Shown here in pieces: positions 9,543 through 19,432 of a DNA stretch of 64,000 bases. The notes under the pieces are model-generated. The model saw only the letters and a list, made by a program, of their open reading frames with translations, ran no database searches and was not told the DNA's origin. The DNA comes from a virus: the IMG/VR virus record IMGVR_UViG_3300029568_000024, positions 3,390 through 67,389 of that record; one strand, given 5' to 3'. The position numbers were made by a program, and so were the translations under genes. Numbering within the stretch: position 1 is the first letter of the stretch; each line of letters starts with the position of its first letter.

Positions 9543-12500
9543 TTATGATGGCCAGGCTGGACTTGCGGGAGAACTACTGTCCGGGCATAAATCATCATGT
9601 CCAACAAACATAATTTTCATCTTCTCTTGGAAGTCTCCGTCATCAGTACCATTATAAATCGCAGTTAAATACTCTGCAACAGTAAGAGATCCAACAGGTT
9701 GATTCAAGAACATAAGAACGCTCTTCTTATAAAGGCCCTCTAGTGTAATAGCTCCAGTACTAGCTCCTTCATATGGGTTGGTAGCAGATGGTGTTACACC
9801 TTGCATCAAGTATCCGGTAACATCAACAGCTGTTCTAACACCATACTCGCTCGGAGGAGTCATTTTAGCTGTATAAGATGCTAGACCTTGTAAGATTGCA
9901 GAAGCTGATTGACCTGCGGTATCTGCAGTAATCGGATAATATACCACCTGCATTCCATCTGCAAATGGAGATATGCTGTCAAAACTCTTTCCTGTTCCAT
10001 AAGCGCTATTAGCTGAGCCGGTTAGAATGTCTGTATGAATTTCATAGTCCTCAAGGTACTCTGCTGTAGGTTGTGTGGGTGAACCAAAACCACTGCTTAG
10101 AGTAGCACCATGATACTCAGGATTTGTATTATTAGAGAATACAAGAATGTTAGCTCTAGTAGGAGGAGCTACTAAAGGAGCGCTTCCCCAATCGGTAGGT
10201 AAGTCTCGAACAGCAACCCACTCTGCTGTACCATCAAGCGGAGCTCCAGGAGCATTTACATCGCTTACTCCATTTTCAACAACAGCACTTGAGTACTGCA
10301 ACCATCTTCGACTAGTGGTTGGAATTAAAAAGATCTCACCACTCCAAGCTGTACAAACTAATGCAAGCCAAGCCTCCAGCCTAGCCTTAAGAGATTCAAA
10401 CGTAACTGCATCTGTTACACTAAAGCTATTTGTATCAACAAACATATAAAAATCATCCGCTGTCTCTGAAACCTGAGCACCCAAAATCTCAGGTTGAATA
10501 ATCTGAACTTGAACAATTGCAGTGACAGAAGAACAATCTCCTGCTGTGTCTGAAGTTAATCTAACCTCAAATGTATCTCCATATGAAGAAGCTCCGTTAT
10601 GGGTATAAGTAAAGGTATTAGCATCAGTTGGGCTCTGAGTTACAGTTCCGTACTGAGGATTAGCTACAATACTTAAGGCTGGTTCACCGTCACCAATGAC
10701 ATATGGAATCTCAATAGTAGTGCTTGATCCACTATTACAGAAGTACCCGGATGTAGTACTTGTTAGTAAGAAAGCAGGACATTCACAACATGCCACAACT
10801 TTTGAAATTGTGTTTAAATCATTCCATCCAGCATAAATATATTGAGTAACGCTGTTAACTTCAATCTTTCCAACATAGTACCAAACACTCTCTGATAGAT
10901 TTCCACCAGGGATAGTCTCGGTAAGTGTGCCACATGTAAGTGTGCCGTATGATACAAAGAAACCAGAAGGTTGACTTGTTAAGAAACTTGGAGTATCGTT
11001 GGCAGGATCCTGAATAGTTGTAGTCTGATCTGTGTTAAAATCATAACGTACAATAGTGTATTCACTGTAATTAGAACCACCATCATTCTGACGAGCTCTA
11101 ATATAAATGGACTTATTTGTAATTCCAGTTGCAATGACTATCCCATTATCAGGACTAGTCGTAGTAGATCCTCCATTTGTCCACGTAATCATATCTGCAC
11201 TATAGTCATATATGATAGTAGTAGGTGTTCCTGTGCCCCCTGTATTTCGTGCTAAATCAATAGTCACATTACCAAGAGCAGTCACAGAAGTAACAGTTAA
11301 ATCAGGATTAAACAATGACACCTCACCAACCTGCCTAATAATGCTATTTCCAGGTCTATAATAAAATCTTTTAGTAGTAGGACCAGTTCCTGTCTGACCT
11401 ATGTAATAATCACCAGCGATAGCAGATTGGTCTAAAGCATCTGTGATTGCAATAGAAGTACAACTAACACCAAGTGTAGTTGTCGCACCTAAAGTACAAA
11501 CCCTCTGCTGTTGTGTGCTTAAATCTGTAATATTAACCTGGATAGTATACAGTGTTGCTGCAGATAATCCTGTAAATGTATAAGAAATGTTAGCACCAGG
11601 ATTTGCAATAGTTGTTGCAGCAACAACATTTGGTCCTTGATTACAAGTGATTCTATAAGTATAATTTGAACCAATTAAACTGTTAGGAAAAGCAACTACA
11701 ATCGAGTCTGTACTAGGTGTTAAAGTAGAACTAGTAGGACATGGAATGCCAAGTGGTATAGTAATATTCTTGATCTCTTGACATACATTGTTATTATCCG
11801 TAGCACAAAGCTGTGCAACAACAGATAATGAATATGTCAGTATAAGATTAGAGTTGGTTAGATCAATGTTTACACCTACTGAACTAGATGCCAAGTTTGC
11901 AGCATTAATAGATTGTGTAATCTTAGCCCCACTAGCATCAGTGATCTCAATAAATGAATTACCGCAATCTGTAAAGCCACTTGGAACAGTTGAACCATTT
12001 AAGTTAAAATTGATAGTTGTAGGTAATCCGCTTACAGGATCTGTGACTACATTATATGTCATAGCCCATGAAACAGCACTGCAATCCGATACACAACAGT
12101 TCTGTTGAATATTTGCAACAGCATCGTAGATGTCACAAATAGCTACCCACTGGTTAGCATTAATATCTGCTAATGTATTTGGATTCTGGATCCATCCTGA
12201 CTGGCTACCATAAGTACCGCCCTGACTTAACATGTTAGATGTCCCAGATAAACAACTTGCATTGATAGCAAAGTTGATAGCTTGAGCATCACCAACTGCC
12301 GTTCTCAGATTACAAAACTCTGTTTCAAGAGCTAATAATAATGTAGATACAGGAACACTTTGACCTTGTAAAATACAAGAAGATATTACCTCTGAAGTTG
12401 GAGAGGTAATTGGGAAAAAGCCTTCCAGAATAGTCAAACGATTAGCAATATCAAGAAGCTGGTTGTTAATGATATTGATAGCACTCTTTATAGTACAGAT

Positions 12501-12908
12501 TTCATTTGCCAAGTATTTAGCATACTCAGCAACAGGTAAAGATGTAACAGGATTTCCTTGAGCATCTGTATAGTGCAAGCAATCTGGTAGCTCTACATTA
12601 ATTGTACTTGCATTAGATGTAGGTAATGTGCAGACATAATCTACAATAGCCTGCATGTATTGGGTAAGATTAGGATCTTGCTGAGGAGGAGCAGGAATAC
12701 AATCTAAAGTAAGACCTGATAAATCTGGATTGCACTGACATGTTTGTGTTACCAAATCACACAGTTGTGTAGCCATCTTACTGACTACATCACTTATGGT
12801 ATCCCCATTACATAAGTTAATGCAAGAAATATCAGGACCTTGCCATACCACACAATTTGATGATAAAGGATCACAAGGGGATGTACTGCCGTTATTCGTA
12901 GGAATCAT
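9543..12908 (-). CDS. Large Cys-rich virion fibre/spike protein with FN3/Ig-like domains
   Basis: 1121 aa; SNCVVWQGPD module shared with 8971..9528; coiled-coil segment; FN3 pattern FTGLSAATLYTIQV. Confidence 0.6.
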   Translation of the reverse strand: MIPTNNGSTSPCDPLSSNCVVWQGPDISCINLCNGDTISDVVSKMATQLCDLVTQTCQCNPDLSGLTLDCIPAPPQQDPNLTQYMQAIVDYVCTLPTSNASTINVELPDCLHYTDAQGNPVTSLPVAEYAKYLANEICTIKSAINIINNQLLDIANRLTILEGFFPITSPTSEVISSCILQGQSVPVSTLLLALETEFCNLRTAVGDAQAINFAINASCLSGTSNMLSQGGTYGSQSGWIQNPNTLADINANQWVAICDIYDAVANIQQNCCVSDCSAVSWAMTYNVVTDPVSGLPTTINFNLNGSTVPSGFTDCGNSFIEITDASGAKITQSINAANLASSSVGVNIDLTNSNLILTYSLSVVAQLCATDNNNVCQEIKNITIPLGIPCPTSSTLTPSTDSIVVAFPNSLIGSNYTYRITCNQGPNVVAATTIANPGANISYTFTGLSAATLYTIQVNITDLSTQQQRVCTLGATTTLGVSCTSIAITDALDQSAIAGDYYIGQTGTGPTTKRFYYRPGNSIIRQVGEVSLFNPDLTVTSVTALGNVTIDLARNTGGTGTPTTIIYDYSADMITWTNGGSTTTSPDNGIVIATGITNKSIYIRARQNDGGSNYSEYTIVRYDFNTDQTTTIQDPANDTPSFLTSQPSGFFVSYGTLTCGTLTETIPGGNLSESVWYYVGKIEVNSVTQYIYAGWNDLNTISKVVACCECPAFLLTSTTSGYFCNSGSSTTIEIPYVIGDGEPALSIVANPQYGTVTQSPTDANTFTYTHNGASSYGDTFEVRLTSDTAGDCSSVTAIVQVQIIQPEILGAQVSETADDFYMFVDTNSFSVTDAVTFESLKARLEAWLALVCTAWSGEIFLIPTTSRRWLQYSSAVVENGVSDVNAPGAPLDGTAEWVAVRDLPTDWGSAPLVAPPTRANILVFSNNTNPEYHGATLSSGFGSPTQPTAEYLEDYEIHTDILTGSANSAYGTGKSFDSISPFADGMQVVYYPITADTAGQSASAILQGLASYTAKMTPPSEYGVRTAVDVTGYLMQGVTPSATNPYEGASTGAITLEGLYKKSVLMFLNQPVGSLTVAEYLTAIYNGTDDGDFQEKMKIMFVGHDDLCPDSSSPASPAWPS

Positions 12909-12950
12909 AAATATTTTTTTTGCAGCTGTTCAAACAAGTATGGTATATCT

Positions 12951-12961
12951 ATAATATACAA
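12951..12961 (-). promoter_or_regulatory. Putative late promoter motif TTGTATATTAT
   Basis: Exact 11-mer, intergenic, 43 nt upstream of the 12908 ATG; five exact copies seen, all upstream of genes. Confidence 0.65.
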
Positions 12962-13010
12962 AAGTTTTGAGGAACAACCAAGATTATAACCAACCTGCCC
13001 TTCTCATTAT

Positions 13011-13199
13011 CTAATCACAGTTTACTGTTTCTGGCTCCTCTATCTTGAGGTTCTGCCAATCGCATAAGTACTTCTTAATCTTAGCTGATTCAACGTCTGT
13101 ATAACAACATGGTGTGATACCAAATCTGTGTGAAATAAATTCTTGATACACAGTATTGGCAAACTTCCGTTGAGCTTCAACTATCTTAATCTCGTCCAT
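13011..13199 (-). CDS. Small Cys-containing hypothetical protein
   Basis: 62 aa, coupled to upstream ORF; RFGITPCC motif. Confidence 0.55.
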   Translation of the reverse strand: MDEIKIVEAQRKFANTVYQEFISHRFGITPCCYTDVESAKIKKYLCDWQNLKIEEPETVNCD

Positions 13200-13384
13200 T
13201 ATGTACGTAAATTCTGTTTAGCTCTATATACTTGCTGAGTGATTCCATCTGCAGGCATGGCTGGTGCTACTCCTGTAGCCTTTCCATAATCAGCTAGACA
13301 ACTCTTGTGTACCGTTTGACCATTGGCCGCTACAGTTTTTTGGCACCCGCAAGTAAAAGCTTTATTACAATGTGCACAGTTCAT
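13199..13384 (-). CDS. Small Zn-finger-like protein
   Basis: Likely start MNCAHC at 13384; CAHC..CGC..HKSC. Confidence 0.55.
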   Translation of the reverse strand: MNCAHCNKAFTCGCQKTVAANGQTVHKSCLADYGKATGVAPAMPADGITQQVYRAKQNLRT

Positions 13385-13401
13385 ATTATTGGTTTTTGGT
13401 T

Positions 13402-13953
13402 TTAACAACAGACAGCTGAACAATCTATCTTATCCAGCCTCTTTTTAGCATAGTTATATAACTCCATTCCCTTATTAGGGCTTTGGCAATATTCTACTTT
13501 AGCTACAGCAGCATCAATTAAAGTTCTGATATAACCTAATTCACTAATGATCTCAGATCTTTCACTGCTGGGTTCACAGGGTTGCATATCAAGATCACAA
13601 AGCACCTTATAATACTTTGTCATCAATGAGGTAACTCGTAAGTGATTGTACTCTACATAGACCTTATCTGTGGGTGCTACACTATATCTGATAATATAAA
13701 TACCATCAGCAATAACTGTAGTCTTATCACCACAATTCTCTGTCTGAACACCAATAGTGCAATTGGTTAATGACAGATCAAAACCATTAGTAACGTTGAT
13801 TAGATAAGGCTTATTGAAACCGGGAACTGTTATCAAGAGTTCTTCGCAATCAATCTGTAAATCAGTAGTATACTGACTAGTATCCTTGATATTAAGTATA
13901 TCACAATTGGCAACTGGAGAAACCTCTAGACTTAGTATATGCTTATTTGCCAT
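13402..13953 (-). CDS. Conserved virion-associated hypothetical protein
   Basis: 183 aa in structural block, DGIYIIRYSV motif, Cys-rich end. Confidence 0.5.
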   Translation of the reverse strand: MANKHILSLEVSPVANCDILNIKDTSQYTTDLQIDCEELLITVPGFNKPYLINVTNGFDLSLTNCTIGVQTENCGDKTTVIADGIYIIRYSVAPTDKVYVEYNHLRVTSLMTKYYKVLCDLDMQPCEPSSERSEIISELGYIRTLIDAAVAKVEYCQSPNKGMELYNYAKKRLDKIDCSAVCC

Positions 13954-13993
13954 TAAGGAATTATTTAGAAATAAAAACTACTGTAGTACAGTA

Positions 13994-14004
13994 ATAATAT
14001 ACAA
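13994..14004 (-). promoter_or_regulatory. Putative late promoter motif TTGTATATTAT
   Basis: Exact copy 41 nt upstream of the 13953 ATG, just after a terminator. Confidence 0.65.
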
Positions 14005-14020
14005 AAAATAAAATAGATTA

Positions 14021-14056
14021 AAAAGAAAAGGCCGGGTATAACCCAGCCTTTCTTTT
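14021..14056 (-). terminator. Intrinsic terminator
   Basis: AAAGGCCGGGT/ACCCAGCCTTT stem flanked by A/T tracts. Confidence 0.75.
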
Positions 14057-14072
14057 ATAACCACCTTAACTA

Positions 14073-15566
14073 TTAGGGTGTCTCAATACCACTAACAAAG
14101 GCAACGTTACCACCGCTGGCATTACACCATGTAGCAATTTCACCCATCAAGGTATCCATATCTGCAATCAGTGCTGCATCTGTGCTCTTAACATAGATCT
14201 TGTAGCAATACTGATCGTTATCAAATGTGGAAGTTGGGTTGTTGAATCTAGGCACACTGTGCTGGATAACATACACCTTGTAGAGTGCAGTTCTATCAAC
14301 ACTTCCTACGATATCATCAGATCCCTCAATCTCACGGATGCGAGCAGAATCAGGATTACCCTGGTTGTATGGAGACTGCATGTAGTTCTCAGTCATCAAG
14401 ATATCTCTCAGAACTGTCTCACCAACTGTAGAAGCCATAACTCCAGGAGTGTTAACAGTAACACCACAGTCGTTACAAGGATCACCAGTCTCATCTAAGA
14501 TAGCAAGGTTCAACTGAACAGGCTCCTTACCGTAGAAGTCGCGAGTGTCAAATGAACAAGCACCAAACTTAGTCTCTGCATAAGCACCTTCAATATGGAA
14601 AGAAGCAGAAACACCATCAGCAACAGGATCAGTAGATGCAGTATAAGTTGCATCAATAATTTGAGCCATTGAGAATGAAGCAGCATCTGCATCTTGAACA
14701 ACAGTTACAGTAAAGCCAGTGGCTGCAGCATTAGCAACAACAACATTTGTAGTATCCTTAGATCCTGCAGTATAACCAGAACCAGCAGCTAAAACTGTAA
14801 ATGCTGTAACAGCACCAGCAGTTGCGGTTACCTGTAAAACTGCAAGGCTAGAACCAGTATCAACAGATACAATATCACCAGTAGTATAGTCAGAACCGCC
14901 AGCATTAACTGTAGATGTAGAATCTACACCATTTAAACCACCGCCAGTCTTAGTTACAACAATACCAGCAACAACTGCACTAGCACCTGTTCCCCATTGA
15001 CGCTCTCTTACGAAAGGACTAACAATTGGATCAGCTACCAGACGAGTACCAGCTTGAGCAAGAGCAAGAGCAGGATCAACATAAGTTTGTCCAGGCTCGC
15101 TGCAGCAAGCACCATCAGAATCAGCAACAGCATAAGCGTTGTGGTTCAAGAAACGCAGAGCAGGAGAACCCTTAACATCTAATCTCAGATACAAAGGATC
15201 ATCACAAGGAGCGCAAGTAGAAGCAACTGAGATAACACTTGTAGACTGAGAAGCCTCAACAACGTCAGTAGAATATAATCTGCTAACATATCTTGGGTTG
15301 ATACCCTTAGACTTTACAGACTCGGTATATCCACCATGTCCAGGATTGTTTCCAATGCTGTCTTGAGTGTGATATGAACCTTGAACAATGTACCCAAGAT
15401 TACCTGCTGCAGGAAGGGGCGCATTGGTAGGAGAAACAGATTCCCAAGTAGAACCATCTACAAATACAATCTGTCCAGCTGTAAGAGCTGATGTTTTAGT
15501 TGCATCTGCAGGCATTGCTCCAGCTGGGTTAAAGCATTTTACAAATGCATGATTAAAATAAGCCAT
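14073..15566 (-). CDS. Putative auxiliary capsid/structural protein
   Basis: 497 aa, A/T/G-rich, own promoter and terminator near the MCP; internal GSDY/GSGY repeat insert. Confidence 0.5.
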   Translation of the reverse strand: MAYFNHAFVKCFNPAGAMPADATKTSALTAGQIVFVDGSTWESVSPTNAPLPAAGNLGYIVQGSYHTQDSIGNNPGHGGYTESVKSKGINPRYVSRLYSTDVVEASQSTSVISVASTCAPCDDPLYLRLDVKGSPALRFLNHNAYAVADSDGACCSEPGQTYVDPALALAQAGTRLVADPIVSPFVRERQWGTGASAVVAGIVVTKTGGGLNGVDSTSTVNAGGSDYTTGDIVSVDTGSSLAVLQVTATAGAVTAFTVLAAGSGYTAGSKDTTNVVVANAAATGFTVTVVQDADAASFSMAQIIDATYTASTDPVADGVSASFHIEGAYAETKFGACSFDTRDFYGKEPVQLNLAILDETGDPCNDCGVTVNTPGVMASTVGETVLRDILMTENYMQSPYNQGNPDSARIREIEGSDDIVGSVDRTALYKVYVIQHSVPRFNNPTSTFDNDQYCYKIYVKSTDAALIADMDTLMGEIATWCNASGGNVAFVSGIETP

Positions 15567-15626
15567 TTTCTTAAATTTAGAAAGTTACAAAAAAATAAAT
15601 GTGTACCTACTCAGGTAGATACATTA

Positions 15627-15637
15627 ATAATATACAA
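15627..15637 (-). promoter_or_regulatory. Putative late promoter motif TTGTATATTAT
   Basis: Exact copy 61 nt upstream of the 15566 ATG. Confidence 0.65.
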
Positions 15638-15660
15638 AAAAAGTTTTAGTATACAAAGGT

Positions 15661-16377
15661 TTAATTATTTCTTTCCGCCAGCTGCTGTTCTCTCTGCATC
15701 TGAGCAAAGTTGGCAATATCACCAGCAATAATGGCAGCAGTCTCATCAATAAATAATTCCACAAGATCATCTTTAAACTCTGGTTCTACATCTACAGAAG
15801 ATACAGTTCCAGTATATGGATTTAGAACACCAGCAATTTCAATATACTTAGGTACTCTATAGAATGTGAGGACAGGGTTAACTATCTCAAAATCAGCGTT
15901 CTTGTAGATCCTGACCTGCCCATCAATCAAAGTGCAAAATGTTTCACCCCAATCAAAATCTGGTCTCTTAAGTGGATCTCTCAGAATTAAATCTCTGTTA
16001 GCCTCTTCAGCTAAGTAAACTGTCATAGATCGAGGATCTGTGCAACACTCGCTTGTAGCATCTGCACTTACTCTCTTATACTCTAGGTAAAGATCAATCT
16101 CAGGAAAATTATCAGACTCAAAGTATTCATCTGTACTATTAGCTCCCTTAGTAAGAGGGCGTTCCATCAACAGAATCTGCAGATCGTCCACCCTCTTCTT
16201 AGAGACTTCATCACCTTCTTTGTAAAGGTTATTGCCATGTAGGTTTCTTCTACACCATTCCAATTGTGCTTTATTAAAAGCTTCAATAATCTGCCAGTCT
16301 TCTATATTGTCATAGTCCTGGCTATCTAGCTTATTGAGACGCTGTTTAAGCTTTAATTGTAATGTTGCAATATCCAT
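15661..16377 (-). CDS. Putative head-tail adaptor/ring protein
   Basis: 238 aa; FNKAQLEW motif; position downstream of the MCP as in crAss-like phages. Confidence 0.5.
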   Translation of the reverse strand: MDIATLQLKLKQRLNKLDSQDYDNIEDWQIIEAFNKAQLEWCRRNLHGNNLYKEGDEVSKKRVDDLQILLMERPLTKGANSTDEYFESDNFPEIDLYLEYKRVSADATSECCTDPRSMTVYLAEEANRDLILRDPLKRPDFDWGETFCTLIDGQVRIYKNADFEIVNPVLTFYRVPKYIEIAGVLNPYTGTVSSVDVEPEFKDDLVELFIDETAAIIAGDIANFAQMQREQQLAERNN

Positions 16378-16387
16378 GAGTTAGAGT

Positions 16388-17404
16388 TTAAGAATTCCAG
16401 TAAGGTTCTACCTTAGCTAATAAACTTGAAAGAACTTCTTCTTGATCTGGTTTCTTCAAAAAATCTACAACTTCCTCTTGCCTCTTACCAAGCTTTACTC
16501 CACTATCTAGAGTCTCAATCCACCCTCCGGCTTTCTTGGTAATAAACCTGTAATACATGCAGTCTTTCACTAGAGCTGTAATCTTAAGATCCTGCATTGA
16601 GTACTTAGAAACTTTAATAAAAATTTCCGCAGCTCTCTTCTTACTACTCTCAATACCCTCACCATTGATATAAGCATCCATGTTTTCATAGATGATATCT
16701 ACAGGAGTATTCTTGGTATACTGCACACTATCGATATCCACAGCCTTTGCCACATACATAAGCTTGGTATTGTTCTTTCCATACATGCCTTCCAGTGCAA
16801 CAAGTGCTTTGTTTCTAAGCTTGCTGTACTCTGTTCTTGTGGTTACAGTCTCCTCAATTGTATCTAAGTAAAACTTTGGTGTAGGATTCATCATCTTGGC
16901 ATCCTTCAAAGATTTAGCTACAATAGAAAAACCACCAGCCTTAATAGCATGAATCTTAATAAGATCATAAGGATCTGAATCTGGATCTAAGAATACAGGA
17001 TCATTTCCGCATCTAAGACTAATCTTAGACCAGAACTTATCATTATCTGGCTTAAGCAGATTAAGTTTATTCCAGAACTCTTTGTCTTCAGGGTCAACAA
17101 CATTTGCTGCTAAATCCTTTTCTAATTGAGAAACTGTTTCTCTAATCTCTTTTACCTTGAGTTCTCTTTCACCGGGAGCTAAGTTTTTAACCTCTGGGGC
17201 AAACTCATTCAAGCCTGTGACATATCTCTTAACACCATTAATCTCTAGACAAGCTAAAGTTTCTTCATGATACACTCCATCATGAAGTGACATTCCGTAA
17301 TTCTCTAAACCCATATTGGCTTTAGCACCATTAAAGAATGGTCTAATGGCAATAGCAGCACTTTTTCGCTGTTGATACTTCTCTACAATTGTGTAATCTT
17401 CCAT
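16388..17404 (-). CDS. Conserved crAss-like protein downstream of MCP
   Basis: 338 aa; synteny with capsid module. Confidence 0.5.
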   Translation of the reverse strand: MEDYTIVEKYQQRKSAAIAIRPFFNGAKANMGLENYGMSLHDGVYHEETLACLEINGVKRYVTGLNEFAPEVKNLAPGERELKVKEIRETVSQLEKDLAANVVDPEDKEFWNKLNLLKPDNDKFWSKISLRCGNDPVFLDPDSDPYDLIKIHAIKAGGFSIVAKSLKDAKMMNPTPKFYLDTIEETVTTRTEYSKLRNKALVALEGMYGKNNTKLMYVAKAVDIDSVQYTKNTPVDIIYENMDAYINGEGIESSKKRAAEIFIKVSKYSMQDLKITALVKDCMYYRFITKKAGGWIETLDSGVKLGKRQEEVVDFLKKPDQEEVLSSLLAKVEPYWNS

Positions 17405-17495
17405 GTTTGTTTGGTTTTAATTAAAGTTCTGAACTCAATAATACAAATGTATATATACAGTTCTAATGTCAGCCGTAGCTGACAAAAGTTTTGAG

Positions 17496-17702
17496 TTACG
17501 CGGTAACTACTTTTAATGCACCAGAGGTGTGATATAAATCACCAGCTTTTAATCCGGCTGCTACAGCAGCTGCATTATTAGCATGATCTCTAGCTAAGAT
17601 GTCTTTACCTACAGCGCCAGAAGCCAAAATTTTAGAAACACTTGAGTTTGTAAACTCAGTTGTCTTATTTGCCTTTTTGATTCTAAGTCCTAACATGATC
17701 AA
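17496..17702 (-). CDS. Small putative head decoration/fibre protein
   Basis: Immediately after the MCP terminator; AGLKAGDLYHTSGALKVV C-terminus. Confidence 0.4.
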   Translation of the reverse strand: MIMLGLRIKKANKTTEFTNSSVSKILASGAVGKDILARDHANNAAAVAAGLKAGDLYHTSGALKVVTA

Positions 17703-17708
17703 TAATTT

Positions 17709-17742
17709 AAAAAGAAAAGGGGAGGAGTGACCCTCCCCTTCT
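17709..17742 (-). terminator. Intrinsic terminator after MCP
   Basis: GAAGGGGAGG/CCTCCCCTTT stem then T-tract on minus strand. Confidence 0.8.
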
Positions 17743-17761
17743 CAGGTTAACAAACAAACTA

Positions 17762-19381
17762 TTAGAATGATCCGCCTGTAACAGGGTTTCTCATAACGAT
17801 CTTGAGAACCTTGGTTGGATCCTTCACCCAGATAGCTGGCATGGTTTGAGTCATCATAACTCTGTAGCCATTAAAGTTACCGGTAGAAGCAAATCCTTGG
17901 CTGCGACCCATGTAGTCCATAGTACCATTCTGGTAGAACCACTTCAGTTGATTATCCCAAGAAAGCTTCAAGAGATAGATGTTATCATTTCCTTCCTCAG
18001 TTACATCAAAGATAATGAAACTGTAAGAGCTCAATGGACGTCCATCAATCAAAGGATTCTCAACGTCATTAGTGTGCAGGTTGTCAAACGCTGGGTTCAA
18101 GACAAACTTAACGTTAGCCAAGAATGGAATGGTGAAGCTTGTGTAAGCAAAACCAAAGTCAAGATCCATTCCAGAACCTGAAACAGCACCAATGTCAGAA
18201 GCATTCTGTACGAGACCAGAACCATAAACCTCATCAGCGATAGCTTTGTTGATCAACTGCATACCACCAATACCTGTTTGAACAACAAGCTTTCTCTGGG
18301 GGTCTGGACCCTTGAATTCAACTTTACCCTGGTAGAAGTTGTAAAGCTCAGACTTGAACATATCCAATGTGAACTGAGACTTGTTATAAACTCTCTTGAA
18401 AGAGTTGTCTAACTGAGACCAAAGACCAACAGACAGTCTGATATCATCTGGACCATCTTGCTTGATTCTACCGCCTTTACCCCACATCAGGTAAGTTTCG
18501 ATGTCATTAGCAATCTTAGATAAGTGAGCTGCTTCGAGATTAGTGATAAACGTTCTTGTCAAAGTACCGTTTTCAAAGGCGTCTCTAGCACCTGCCTTAC
18601 CCATGTTTGCAACCAACTGCTCAATGCTTGAAACAGAAGGATTGTTAGGATCCTGGTTGAAGTTTCTCCAGATCTCAGTTACAGGTACAGTACCGTCAGC
18701 ATTCAAACCACCCTTGATCATAAGATCAGCACGGCTAGAAATAGAATAGTGTACATGTGCTTCAGCGCCTCCTACAAAGTTGTAGAATTCTCTGAATCCA
18801 GAACCGGTCTCAATGTCTGAGAACCTCTCACCATACTCACCACGTGCAGAACCTTTTCTGAAATACTTTGTGCCAGATACTAAGTACTTGCTAGCATCCA
18901 AAGTAGCAGAATTGTCATTGTTCACAAGCTGAACGGTATAGATAAACCCGTCACCAGCTGGAAGAATGTCATCCGCAGTGATGTAAAGTTCAAGACCATT
19001 ATACTTGTCATAAGTGATGATATCACCATGACCAAATGATCTCTTAGATAATTTGATCTTGAAAGTTGTACCGTCTCCGCCGAGGTTGGTTTCACTTTCA
19101 ATGTTTCCTACAGAGAAAGGAAGATCCTGTGCTACAGGAGTCTGCCACTTATACTCACCGCGAGCATTGTCTACAAGAATTGTATTCTTCCCACCAAAAG
19201 AAGCCATCTGATACAAAGGCATTTCTACCTTCTGGGTCATAGCCCAAAGATCAACTGGTCCCATATCCATAGGCTCAGCAGAACCGAGCATCTGGGTAAG
19301 GTGATAAGAATCAACATGAGAACTAGCCTTATAGCTTGTATCTCTGAGGAAGATTCCGTTGTTTAAAACTGGAGTTGCCAT
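17762..19381 (-). CDS. Major capsid protein (crAss-like)
   Basis: 539 aa; terL-portal-scaffold-MCP order; DIETYLMWGKGG and RLSVGLWSQL segments; strong terminator follows. Confidence 0.85.
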   Translation of the reverse strand: MATPVLNNGIFLRDTSYKASSHVDSYHLTQMLGSAEPMDMGPVDLWAMTQKVEMPLYQMASFGGKNTILVDNARGEYKWQTPVAQDLPFSVGNIESETNLGGDGTTFKIKLSKRSFGHGDIITYDKYNGLELYITADDILPAGDGFIYTVQLVNNDNSATLDASKYLVSGTKYFRKGSARGEYGERFSDIETGSGFREFYNFVGGAEAHVHYSISSRADLMIKGGLNADGTVPVTEIWRNFNQDPNNPSVSSIEQLVANMGKAGARDAFENGTLTRTFITNLEAAHLSKIANDIETYLMWGKGGRIKQDGPDDIRLSVGLWSQLDNSFKRVYNKSQFTLDMFKSELYNFYQGKVEFKGPDPQRKLVVQTGIGGMQLINKAIADEVYGSGLVQNASDIGAVSGSGMDLDFGFAYTSFTIPFLANVKFVLNPAFDNLHTNDVENPLIDGRPLSSYSFIIFDVTEEGNDNIYLLKLSWDNQLKWFYQNGTMDYMGRSQGFASTGNFNGYRVMMTQTMPAIWVKDPTKVLKIVMRNPVTGGSF

Positions 19382-19432
19382 AGTTTAATTAAAATTTAAG
19401 TTAACTGATTGATTGATTGATTAAATAAATTC

